DNA of 64,000 nucleotides from Candidatus Hydrogenedentota bacterium (GTDB taxonomy: Bacteria; Hydrogenedentota; Hydrogenedentia; Hydrogenedentales; JAEUWI01), in the NCBI GenBank assembly GCA_034669905.1, contig JAXMOL010000037.1:18734-82733 (forward strand), read 5' to 3'. The notes below the pieces were generated by a model. The model worked only from the letters and a program-made list of their open reading frames with translations. It ran no database searches and was not told where the DNA came from. The translations under genes were made by a program, and so were the position numbers. Numbering within the stretch: the first letter of the stretch is position 1; every line of letters starts with the position of its first letter. This document shows, one piece after another, positions 1 through 8,204 of this stretch.

Positions 1-138
1 GGAAATGCGGGTTGCCTTGCGGCCCCCTTGCTCTGTGGGTATATGGTGGAATATGGGGGCCTTCGCGTCGCCATGGGGATGGGGGCGCTGTATCCCCTCG
101 TGTTGGCAGCAATGGTCGCGGTGACCGCACGGCGGTAG
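1..138 (+). CDS. 3' end of a membrane protein, probably an MFS transporter (partial)
   Basis: Frame 1 reads GNAGCLAAPLLCGYMVEYGGLRVAMGMGALYPLVLAAMVAVTARR*, two hydrophobic helices resembling an MFS C-terminus. Confidence 0.55.
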   Translation, partial: GNAGCLAAPLLCGYMVEYGGLRVAMGMGALYPLVLAAMVAVTARR

Positions 139-317
139 TGGAGGGACGCGCTTGCCGTTGAGGCCGTTTTCGGGTCGTGGGTGGGATAGTGGGTTGGCGA
201 GGAAGTCTCTTCCTCGGGTGTGCGAGATTTCACCCTTTTGATGCGAATTCTGCTACCATAGTGCGGAACAGGAACTTGGGGTGTGCGAATGGGGGCGGAT
301 TTTTTGGGAGAGAGACT

Positions 318-770
318 ATGTCGACGAAACGCCAGGGATTTACCCTGATTGAAATCATGATTGTGGTGGCCATTATTGCTGTGATTGCCGCCATTGCCAT
401 TCCCAACCTGCTTCGGTCCAAGTTGCAGACCAACGAGGCCTCCGCTGTAAGTGATTTGCGTACGGTCTGTGCCGCCCAGATGGCCTGTTCCACCGCCCGG
501 CTTACCTTCGGTAGTTTCGCTACCCTGGTCGACGAGGTGGATGGGGTCGGCACGGCCTTCCTGGATACCTCGTGGTTTGAAGGCCGCGAGAAGGCGGGTT
601 ACATCTTCACCATGCCCGAGGCGGATGCCGATTCGTTTACCTGTTTTGCAGACCCCATTGCACTGGGCTCCACGGGCAGTCGCTTTTTCCGCATAGATAC
701 GTCGGGGGTCATTCGTTTTTCACCCGGCGGACAGCCCGGACCGGATGCGGCCTCCCTGGGTGAGAGCTGA
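318..770 (+). CDS. Prepilin-type N-terminal cleavage/methylation protein (pilin/pseudopilin-like)
   Basis: KRQG|FTLIEIMIVVAIIAVIAAIAIP class III signal; start moved to ATG 318 behind GGGAGAG. Confidence 0.9.
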   Translation: MSTKRQGFTLIEIMIVVAIIAVIAAIAIPNLLRSKLQTNEASAVSDLRTVCAAQMACSTARLTFGSFATLVDEVDGVGTAFLDTSWFEGREKAGYIFTMPEADADSFTCFADPIALGSTGSRFFRIDTSGVIRFSPGGQPGPDAASLGES

Positions 771-821
771 TAACCGTCCCAGGCGCTTGTGCCGGGTGCC
801 CAGGCTGGGGCAGAATGTCCT

Positions 822-1487
822 ATGCCTGACCGCCATCCAACTGCCGCCCCCCGAGTCATTGCCTTTGATTTTGACGGGGTAATTGCCGATTCACTGGAAG
901 CCTATTTTCCCGTGTTTCAGGCGTGTTGTGCCGAGTTGGGATTTCGGGGTCCGGCGACGCGGGATGCCTTTCTGGATGTCTTCGATCACAATGCGGTGAA
1001 AGGGCTGCTCAAGGCGGGTGTGCCCTTCTACAAGCTCAAGCGGCTGGGTCGCACCCTGGCTCCCCGGGTGGCTGCGTTAAACGAAGACGTGGCGCCCTTT
1101 CCCGGTATTCCCTCCTTAATTCAGGCCCTCGTGGCCCGCCATCCTGTCTATGTCGTCACGTCCAATGTTACCGAAGCCACGGCCCAGTTCATGGCCCGTC
1201 ACGCCATGGACGGTCTCGAAGATGTCATCGGGTCGGACCGGGAAGCCAGCAAGATCAAAAAGCTTCGCCGTATCCGGAAGGGGCATCCCGGCGCGACGGT
1301 CTGGTATATCGGGGATACGCGGGGGGACATGATCGAAGCGCGCCGTGCGGGCACCACGGCGGTAGCCGCGTGTTGGGGCTGGCACAACGAAGCACGGCTG
1401 GCCGGGGCGCAGCCCGATTACCTGGTCAAGAGCCCGGAGGCCTTGGGGCAGCTTTTGTTTCGGGGTGAAGTGGGGACAGGTTTTTAA
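822..1487 (+). CDS. HAD-family hydrolase (phosphoglycolate phosphatase-like)
   Basis: FDFDGVIADS motif I, TSN motif II, IGDTRGD motif IV. Confidence 0.85.
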   Translation: MPDRHPTAAPRVIAFDFDGVIADSLEAYFPVFQACCAELGFRGPATRDAFLDVFDHNAVKGLLKAGVPFYKLKRLGRTLAPRVAALNEDVAPFPGIPSLIQALVARHPVYVVTSNVTEATAQFMARHAMDGLEDVIGSDREASKIKKLRRIRKGHPGATVWYIGDTRGDMIEARRAGTTAVAACWGWHNEARLAGAQPDYLVKSPEALGQLLFRGEVGTGF

Positions 1488-1563
1488 CTGGTGATTCTGC
1501 GGGGAACCTGCTATAACGAAGTTACTTCGGGCTGGGTGAGCATGTGCTACGAGGAAAGAACCA

Positions 1564-2025
1564 ATGGCTTCCCAAGAGAAATATGCCAAGTACGCCGAGA
1601 AGATCCGCATCTTTAATGGCCTCTCTGCCGAGGAGGTGGAGTACATCCTCCACTGTGGCAAGATAGTCCATTTCTACGATGGGCAAACCGTTTTCCATGA
1701 GGGGATGTTGGGCAGCAACCTCTTTATTGTACTCGGGGGAAAAATCGCCATCTACAGTAAGAAGCGGATCATTGCCCGGTGTGTGGTGGGCGACGCCTTC
1801 GGCGAGATGGCGGTACTCAACAGTAAGCCCCGGTCGGCCACGGCGGCAGCGCTGGAAGACGTGAAACTCTTCACCCTGGATGAGCGGGAGATCAATCAGA
1901 TCCTCGATAAGGCGGTGGCGGTAAAGCTCTTGCTCAACATCATCCACGTGCTCAGTGAGCGACTGGAAGCGGCCAATTCCTGGGTGGCCAAACTTCGCGA
2001 TGAAAAGAGTCAGTTCGAATCGTAG
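1564..2025 (+). CDS. Stand-alone cyclic nucleotide-binding domain protein
   Basis: GDAFGEMAVLNSKPRSATA phosphate-binding cassette; no HTH. Confidence 0.88.
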   Translation: MASQEKYAKYAEKIRIFNGLSAEEVEYILHCGKIVHFYDGQTVFHEGMLGSNLFIVLGGKIAIYSKKRIIARCVVGDAFGEMAVLNSKPRSATAAALEDVKLFTLDEREINQILDKAVAVKLLLNIIHVLSERLEAANSWVAKLRDEKSQFES

Positions 2026-2156
2026 GGGGGGCGGGGCTGTCCGCTTATCGGACACCCTGTACTACTGTGGCCCAACATGGCGTTTTTCGCGGACGTGTGG
2101 TATAGTCAAACCACGTGCTTGGGATGGGGCGAGAACCGGGTATGAAGGATTTCCCC

Positions 2157-2621
2157 ATGAGTTCGCAGGATAAGTATGCCAAGTACGCCGAGCGAGTACG
2201 TCTGTTTAAGGGGCTCAAGACGCGTGACGTGGAGGAAGTACTCCACAGCGGCAAAATCATCCATTTTCGCGAGGGGCAAACTATCTTTCACGAGGGCATG
2301 TTGGGCAACAACATGTTTATCGTGCTGGGGGGCAAGGTGGGTATCTACAAAAAGAATCGCCTGATCGGCCATTGTGCCGTGGGCGATGCCTTTGGGGAGA
2401 TGGCCCTCCTGAACAACCGGCCCCGCTCTGCCACGGCCAGTGCCCTGGGCGATGTGAAACTCTTCACCATCGACGAGCGGGAACTGAAACAGGTCCTGCG
2501 CATGCCCATTGGCCGACAGCTGTTGATGAATGTGGTCAATGTGTTGAGCGAACGCCTGGAAGTGGCCAATGGCCGGGTCAGCGAATTGAGTGACACGGTC
2601 GATATGGTGGCTTCCAAATAG
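2157..2621 (+). CDS. Stand-alone cyclic nucleotide-binding domain protein (tandem paralog)
   Basis: GDAFGEMALLNNRPRSATA; aligns end to end with 1564-2025. Confidence 0.88.
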   Translation: MSSQDKYAKYAERVRLFKGLKTRDVEEVLHSGKIIHFREGQTIFHEGMLGNNMFIVLGGKVGIYKKNRLIGHCAVGDAFGEMALLNNRPRSATASALGDVKLFTIDERELKQVLRMPIGRQLLMNVVNVLSERLEVANGRVSELSDTVDMVASK

Positions 2622-2628
2622 CGCGGGT

Positions 2629-3498
2629 TCAGACGTCGCAGGTGTCGATGGAATGGGCCAGGGACGTGACCGGGTCCTTCCTGGGAATGAACTCCTGCGC
2701 CACAAAACCCGTGTAGCCCGTGGCCACGATGGCGCGACAGATGGCGGGGTAGTTCAATTCCTGGGTCTCGTCGATTTCGGCCCGTCCGGGCACGCCGCCC
2801 GTGTGGTAGTGGGCGAAGTAGGGATGGAAATCGGTGATGGTCTGGATGACGTCCCCCTCCATGATCTGCATGTGGTAAATGTCATAGAGCAGCTTGAAGC
2901 GATCAGACCCCACTTCATCACAGAGGGCCACGCCCCAGGGCGATTTGTCGCACTGGTAGTCGGGGTGATTGACCTTGCTGTTCAGTAATTCCATCACGAT
3001 GTTCACCCCCAGTGATTCGGCCAGGGGGGTGATGCGCTTCAGGCCCTTGGCGCAATTCCTGAGTCCTTCGGCGTCGCTGCGTTTACCCCGGTTTCCGGAA
3101 AAGACGATCATGTTGGGCATGCCCGCTTCGGCGATCTGGGGCAGGATCTTCTCCGAGTTCTCCACCAGCGCGTCATGGAGGGACGGGTCGTTCCAGCCCT
3201 TGGTGATGCTGCCAGGTCCGCCAACCATGGGGCACACGAGGCCGTAGGGTTTGATGGTGGGGAGTTCTTTGACCTGGAGGAGGTCGATGCCTGTGATGCC
3301 CAGGGCCACGGCGTGCTGGCAGAGTTCTTCGAGACTCATGTCCTTGTAGCACCACTTGCACACCGCGTGATTGATATTGCCCTTGCGTTTCATGGGTTTT
3401 TCCTCGCTGTGGGCCGTTGTCGCGCCCAGCATCAGGGCACTGGACGTGCCGGCCATGGCCGCCAGGGCCGTACGTCGGGAAAGATCGGGGGATGGCAT
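2629..3498 (-). CDS. Hydroxypyruvate isomerase-family TIM barrel with Tat signal
   Basis: SRRTAL twin-arginine leader; MELLNSKVNHPDY, LYDIYHMQIMEGD, PGRAE, ELNYP motifs. Confidence 0.88.
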   Translation of the reverse strand: MPSPDLSRRTALAAMAGTSSALMLGATTAHSEEKPMKRKGNINHAVCKWCYKDMSLEELCQHAVALGITGIDLLQVKELPTIKPYGLVCPMVGGPGSITKGWNDPSLHDALVENSEKILPQIAEAGMPNMIVFSGNRGKRSDAEGLRNCAKGLKRITPLAESLGVNIVMELLNSKVNHPDYQCDKSPWGVALCDEVGSDRFKLLYDIYHMQIMEGDVIQTITDFHPYFAHYHTGGVPGRAEIDETQELNYPAICRAIVATGYTGFVAQEFIPRKDPVTSLAHSIDTCDV

Positions 3499-3576
3499 GA
3501 CACGCTCTCCTGTTGGGTCAGGTCAGGGGATTATCATGGTGGATAGATGGGGCCGCAGTCAAAAAGAAAGATTTCC

Positions 3577-3735
3577 ACCACGAAGAAACGAAGGGCACGA
3601 AGGATGGGAGGAAATAGTAACCGCGGTTGCTTGCTATGGCCCACGTAATGCCTCGCACATATTTATTTTAACCACAGAGAACGCAAAGAACACAAAGGGA
3701 AAGTCTTTCTGTGTTCTTTGCGTTCTTTGAGGTGG
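3577..3735. repeat. Intergenic repeat A, copy 1 (9-mer-periodic modules plus hairpin)
   Basis: ACCACGAAGAAACGAAGGGCACGAAGG...AACCACAGAGAACGCAAAGAACACA...TGTGTTCTTTGCGTTCTTTGAGGT; direct repeat of 5756-5916. Confidence 0.9.
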
Positions 3736-3796
3736 ATATCAGAAATTTTCCACAAGACGTTCCCTGGTGGCCTGATGCGCTTTCGTCGGGTTGTCC

Positions 3797-3830
3797 GTCC
3801 CACAGGTCCCAACGGTCCCACCCGTCCCAC
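3797..3830. repeat. Four GTCCCAnnn 9-mers in tandem
   Basis: GTCCCACAG GTCCCAACG GTCCCACCC GTCCCAC. Confidence 0.85.
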
Positions 3831-3868
3831 AAAAAAACGACCCCAGAGGAAGCTCCTCCGGGGCCGTC
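3831..3868 (-). terminator. Rho-independent terminator
   Basis: GC hairpin (GACGGCCCCGGAGG...CCTCTGGGGTCG) followed by a T7 run on the minus strand. Confidence 0.7.
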
Positions 3869-3936
3869 GTGTTACTTGGGCTATCGGGCCGCGATAATCT
3901 CAATTTTGCTTACTCTTGACGATCTCTCGGAATTCA

Positions 3937-5475
3937 TCAAGATGCTGGGGCTGGTTGGTTCTTTTCCTGAATTCGCAAATGTCTACGCGACTTTTTGGGT
4001 GGGTTCTTCTCGGGAACTACGCGTGGTTCGTCTACAAACTCGACGACCATGTCCCCTGCCGAGCGGTCCCCACCGTCATCTATCAAATTGTCTCCCACGG
4101 AGTAGAGCAGAAATCCACCATCCACTACCCTGTATTGTAAGAGGTTGGTTACGAAGGGGTCCCCGCCAATTTTCCCAACCACTTCCGGGTCAAGATCGCT
4201 GAGCTGCCGAGGAAGCTCGCCATGCTCCTTTCTATGTATTGCTATCAGCATTGCGACACCAACGCTTCGGTGTTCCAGTTCCCACATTGCGAGCGGACCC
4301 GTCCAATCCGTTGCGTGAAACCACGGATGGCTCATGTATGCGGGGCCACGCATTTCCGGGTGCAGGAGCCACGTCACCATGTCAAAAGGATTGAGTCTCC
4401 TTGAGGTAATCGTTCCATCGGCCTTGGCGATTACCCGACGCCACGAAAACTCCCACTGTTCGACGAAAGGCTGACGTACGGCCGCGCGCAGATAGCGTTC
4501 ATGCCAATCGAGATTCAGACTATCCAAGAGGTCGGTGTCGAACTTCATGCGGTCATAAACTTCCATTCGGGCTAGCCCTCCGATTCCTGGAAGCCAACGA
4601 AGCCGTCTACACCAACGCGTGCGGAAGGGCGCATAATATTCGTGTTTCTGGGGGCTGTCGCCACGATAGTAGGACATTAATTTGTAGGTCCCACGCAGGC
4701 GCTCTCCGGGCAATGAGTGGCGCAAAAATATATCCGGGTCCATTGTTTCGTAGAGCGGGGCCAGTTTTTTATACAACGTCGCTGGCCCTTTTCCTGTCGA
4801 TATGGATCGCTGGACGAGTCTGCGGGCATCTCGAACGATGGTGAGCCCGCGTGTATTCAGTTCGCAGGGCATTGTCTGCAACGAATGAGCAAGGTCGAAA
4901 CTCAGACGCTGACAATCGAGAAAGGTGTCCCAGTCGTCATCCTCCAGTGCGACAAAGCCCTGAATCCACAGGAGATTGGTCAGATCGTACAGGCCCTTGA
5001 TCGCATCGCCATTCCAATCGCCGTCTGGCAGTTCACTCAAATCTATTGGGTAGCGATAGCGGGTATATCCCAGCGCTTCTTTCGCCAATTCCAGTACAGG
5101 CCGTCGTTCCTGTAAATACTCACGGGCCTGGGACAAGGTCTCGAGGGAATACGTGTTCTCTTCGAGTCGGCGCTCAATTCGTCCCGCTTCGGGGTCGAAC
5201 TCTTTTCCTTCGCCGAAGGTGTCCAGAAGTTCCACCGCCCGCAAGTAGACGAGCGCCCCGTTTTCGTGATCAGGAACCGGAGGGTAGGTCGCGTCCAGTT
5301 CCGCAAGCGTAGTCGGTTCGCCCTTGCTTTGGATCTCGGATTCCAGCGCGCGCAGCTTGCGTTCCATCAATATATCGAAGCTCGAACCAGCGACTAGAAA
5401 AAGAAACACCGTAGCCGCGATCAGTCGAAACGTTTTCTTTTTACTTCGCCGCTTACGCGTGTCTTGTGCGCGCAT
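3937..5475 (-). CDS. Membrane-anchored hypothetical protein with GspG/pseudopilin-like C-terminal motif
   Basis: RBS GGAGG before ATG 5475; basic N-terminus plus one TM helix; C-terminal HGELPRQLSDL...DPF...LQY...FLLYSVGDNLIDDGG. Confidence 0.75.
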   Translation of the reverse strand: MRAQDTRKRRSKKKTFRLIAATVFLFLVAGSSFDILMERKLRALESEIQSKGEPTTLAELDATYPPVPDHENGALVYLRAVELLDTFGEGKEFDPEAGRIERRLEENTYSLETLSQAREYLQERRPVLELAKEALGYTRYRYPIDLSELPDGDWNGDAIKGLYDLTNLLWIQGFVALEDDDWDTFLDCQRLSFDLAHSLQTMPCELNTRGLTIVRDARRLVQRSISTGKGPATLYKKLAPLYETMDPDIFLRHSLPGERLRGTYKLMSYYRGDSPQKHEYYAPFRTRWCRRLRWLPGIGGLARMEVYDRMKFDTDLLDSLNLDWHERYLRAAVRQPFVEQWEFSWRRVIAKADGTITSRRLNPFDMVTWLLHPEMRGPAYMSHPWFHATDWTGPLAMWELEHRSVGVAMLIAIHRKEHGELPRQLSDLDPEVVGKIGGDPFVTNLLQYRVVDGGFLLYSVGDNLIDDGGDRSAGDMVVEFVDEPRVVPEKNPPKKSRRHLRIQEKNQPAPAS

Positions 5476-5550
5476 TGGGTGCCTCCAGATTGGGTGATGC
5501 CGTGCATGGAGTGTAGCACAGCACCTCGGGAGGGTCGGCAGGTGTTTTCT

Positions 5551-5916
5551 AAACACAGCGAACGCAGAGGACACCGGGAGTTAATTGCCCGGGGTTGGTA
5601 GTGTTTCCCGTGACGTAAGCGGTGGAACCACGAATGGACACAAATGAACACGAATGGGAAATGGTCGACATGATGCGCGGACAGCGGTATTTTCTACATC
5701 GGTTTTTGACCACAGAAAACGTAACGCAGCCGTTTTCCGTAACGAAATGTTTTTTACCACGAAGAAACGAAGGGCACGAAGGACGGGAGGAAATAGCAAC
5801 AGGCGGTTGCTTGCTTTGGCCGACGTAGTTCCTCGCACCCATTTCTTTAACCACAGAGAACGCAGAGAACACAAAAGGAGAATCTTTCTGTGTTCTCTGC
5901 GTTCTCTGTGGTTAAA
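5551..5916. repeat. Cluster of five 9-mer-periodic modules including repeat A copy 2 with a perfect 28-bp stem
   Basis: Modules start near 5551, 5627, 5708, 5756, 5849; perfect IR 5846-5873/5889-5916. Confidence 0.9.
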
Positions 5917-5956
5917 AACAAAAAAACGGCCCCAGCGCATTGCACCGGGGCCGTCA
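5917..5956 (-). terminator. Rho-independent terminator of transketolase-like gene
   Basis: ACGGCCCCGG...CTGGGGCCGT hairpin followed by a T-run on the minus strand. Confidence 0.7.
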
Positions 5957-5980
5957 TATGTCTCACTTATCGCGGTGGGA

Positions 5981-7879
5981 TTATCCCGCGAGCGTTTTGA
6001 TTTTTGCGAGGATGCTGTCGGGGTCGAGGCCCTGGTGGGCGATGTGTTCGGGGATGCCGCCTTCGCCGGGTTTGTGGACGGCCATGACGCCGAGTTTGGG
6101 GGCGAGGCCCCGTTCGAGGAGCCAGGTGCCGTAGCGGCTGCCGAGTCCGTTATTTTCGTTCTGGGCTTCTACCACGAGGGCGAAGGGCGCGCCGCCGACT
6201 TTCTTCATCATGTCTTCGTCGATGACGTTGAGGGTGGGCTTGTTGATGAGGCCCACGTCGATGCCTTCGGCACGGGCGCGGTCGACAGCGTCGATGGCGC
6301 GGTAGAGCATTTCACCGTAGGAGATGACATACCCGGCGCTGCCTTCACGGACCACTTCGTCTTTTCCGGGCACAAACTGATAGGCTTCGTCGTAGAACTT
6401 GGAGCCGTCTTCCTTCGCGATGAAGGGCACCTTGCTCCGGGTGGTGAAGACGTAGCGGATGCCTTCGTCGTCCCAGATGGTTTCGACGAGGCTCTTGAGC
6501 TGTCCGGCGTCCGCGGCGAAGTAGAGGCGGTTGGTGTCGCCTTCTTTGATGCCGCTGTGGGCCAGCCAGATGTTGATGCCGTAGTGGCAGGTGTTGTCGG
6601 CGATTTCGTCCACACCGGCGTGGGAGAAGTGGCAGATAACGTTGGCTTCGTTGAGGCGGGCCATGGTGGCTTCGGAAATAATCATTTCCAGGAAGGCCGA
6701 GAAGGTGGAGAAGATACCCTGTTTGCCCGGGGCGAAACCGAAACCGGCGGCGGCGGAGAAGTTACCGCGTTCCTGAACGCCACCATTGATGCAGACGTCG
6801 GGGTGGGCGACGCGGATGCCCTTGAGGCCCGTGGAGCCTTCCAGGTCGGAGTCGACCACGAGGACCTTGTGGGCGCGCTCGGCGGCGGGAATCTTGTCGA
6901 GGATGCCGTTGACGATGGTGCCGAACTCGGTGCGGTTGCTGCCCATCTCTTCGGTGGAACCCACGTAGGAGACGGAGGCGCTGGTCTTCTTCACGCCTTC
7001 GAGGAACTTAATGGCCGCGTCCTGTCCTTTGAGGGTCAGGTAGGCAATGGCCGCATCTTTAGGGATGACATCGTGGCCCGCGTGGGTGCCTTCGATGCCC
7101 GGGATGCCGGGTGCCATGGCGCGGCGGTTGACGAGGGCCACAGGGCCGTCGGTCTGGATGGACTTGAGCATGCGGTCAAAGAGGGCGTCGAAGTCTTCGC
7201 CGTCGCCCGTGTCGACCGTGAGGCCGTGGCCTTCGAGGGTCTTGGCCACGTCATAGCCGGGGAGGTAGTCGTTGGGATGGCCGGAGATGGTGACATTGTT
7301 GTCGTCGATGGCGAGCTTCACATTGAGCTGCTGGGCGACCGCCAGGCGGGCCGCCTCGGCGTCGTTACCTTCCATCTGGGAGCCGTCGGAGCCAAACATG
7401 AAGACCACGCCGTCACTGTTGGCCTTGGCCACACCGTTGACGAAGGGCCACATGTGTCCGAGCCGTCCGGAGGCGAACTTCACGCCCAATTCCGGGTCGA
7501 TTTCGGGGTGGCCATAGAGGCCGGCACCGGCGGCGCGGTATTGGAGGAGTTTTTCGAAGGGCATTTCGCCGTTGAAGGCGCTCATGGCGTATTGGATAGC
7601 TACCCGGTGTCCACCTTCGTCGAAATAGGCGGGGTAAACACGGTCACTACCCTTCATAAAGCTATCGGCGATAAGCACTTCCGGCACGATGCTGTAGGCA
7701 CCACCGGTGTGGCCACCAAAACCGCGGATACCGGCCACCGCCGTGAAAAACACGATGGTGTCGCGCACGATTTCGATGTTGGTCAACAATTGGGCTTTTT
7801 GTTCGGGCGTGATGCCCTTCGCGGTGAAGGGGTCAATGGCCACCGGCTTATAGTTGCTTACATCAATGGGAAAAGACAT
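5981..7879 (-). CDS. Transketolase-like ThDP enzyme (single chain, divergent)
   Basis: GHTGG, GHPE, SGRLGH, GSDGSQMEG...DDNN ThDP motif, DLEGST, GVQERG, SHAG, transketolase C-terminal domain; RBS AAGGAG. Confidence 0.85.
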   Translation of the reverse strand: MSFPIDVSNYKPVAIDPFTAKGITPEQKAQLLTNIEIVRDTIVFFTAVAGIRGFGGHTGGAYSIVPEVLIADSFMKGSDRVYPAYFDEGGHRVAIQYAMSAFNGEMPFEKLLQYRAAGAGLYGHPEIDPELGVKFASGRLGHMWPFVNGVAKANSDGVVFMFGSDGSQMEGNDAEAARLAVAQQLNVKLAIDDNNVTISGHPNDYLPGYDVAKTLEGHGLTVDTGDGEDFDALFDRMLKSIQTDGPVALVNRRAMAPGIPGIEGTHAGHDVIPKDAAIAYLTLKGQDAAIKFLEGVKKTSASVSYVGSTEEMGSNRTEFGTIVNGILDKIPAAERAHKVLVVDSDLEGSTGLKGIRVAHPDVCINGGVQERGNFSAAAGFGFAPGKQGIFSTFSAFLEMIISEATMARLNEANVICHFSHAGVDEIADNTCHYGINIWLAHSGIKEGDTNRLYFAADAGQLKSLVETIWDDEGIRYVFTTRSKVPFIAKEDGSKFYDEAYQFVPGKDEVVREGSAGYVISYGEMLYRAIDAVDRARAEGIDVGLINKPTLNVIDEDMMKKVGGAPFALVVEAQNENNGLGSRYGTWLLERGLAPKLGVMAVHKPGEGGIPEHIAHQGLDPDSILAKIKTLAG

Positions 7880-8103
7880 GGGTTCTCCTTCTTACGTGCA
7901 TCCGCATGGGTGATTGGCGATCGAGTATCGAGTCGGCGGGGACGGGACTCGGTCCGTGTAACTGTTGGCTGCACCTCACCCCGACGGCAGGCAAACAGCT
8001 CCCCATGTTCGAAGCGAACAGTATAGCAAAGGTACCGGGGAAAAACTATTTTGGGGTATGGTGGGGGATACCGGCCGCGTCTGGGCATGAAGTCGATGAG
8101 ATT

Positions 8104-8168
8104 GTGGACACCGTGGATCTTGTGGACGGGGTGGACGACGAGATGGTCCACGGAGTCCCACGGCGTCC
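8104..8168. repeat. GTGGAnnnn 9-mer tandem with partial inverted partner
   Basis: GTGGACACC GTGGATCTT GTGGACGGG GTGGACGAC then GTCCAC/GTCCCAC. Confidence 0.75.
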
Positions 8169-8204
8169 TGACAACGTGAAGCGAAACCTGGAGATGGTAA
8201 GCGG

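Noticed and set aside
3371..3730. Small ORFs over repeat regions (also 5549-5940, 54546-54981, 63334-63810)
   Set aside because: Translations of non-coding repeats with no RBS or protein motifs
3577..5916. Classical integron or DGR
   Set aside because: No integrase or reverse transcriptase, no clear attC RYYYAAC/GTTRRRY boxes, and repeat differences are not adenine-specific
5654..8026. 790-aa plus-strand ORF
   Set aside because: Antisense shadow of the transketolase-like gene; it starts within repeat DNA and has no motifs
7880..8030. TPP riboswitch upstream of the ThDP enzyme
   Set aside because: No CTGAGA or AACCTGA core motifs on the minus strand
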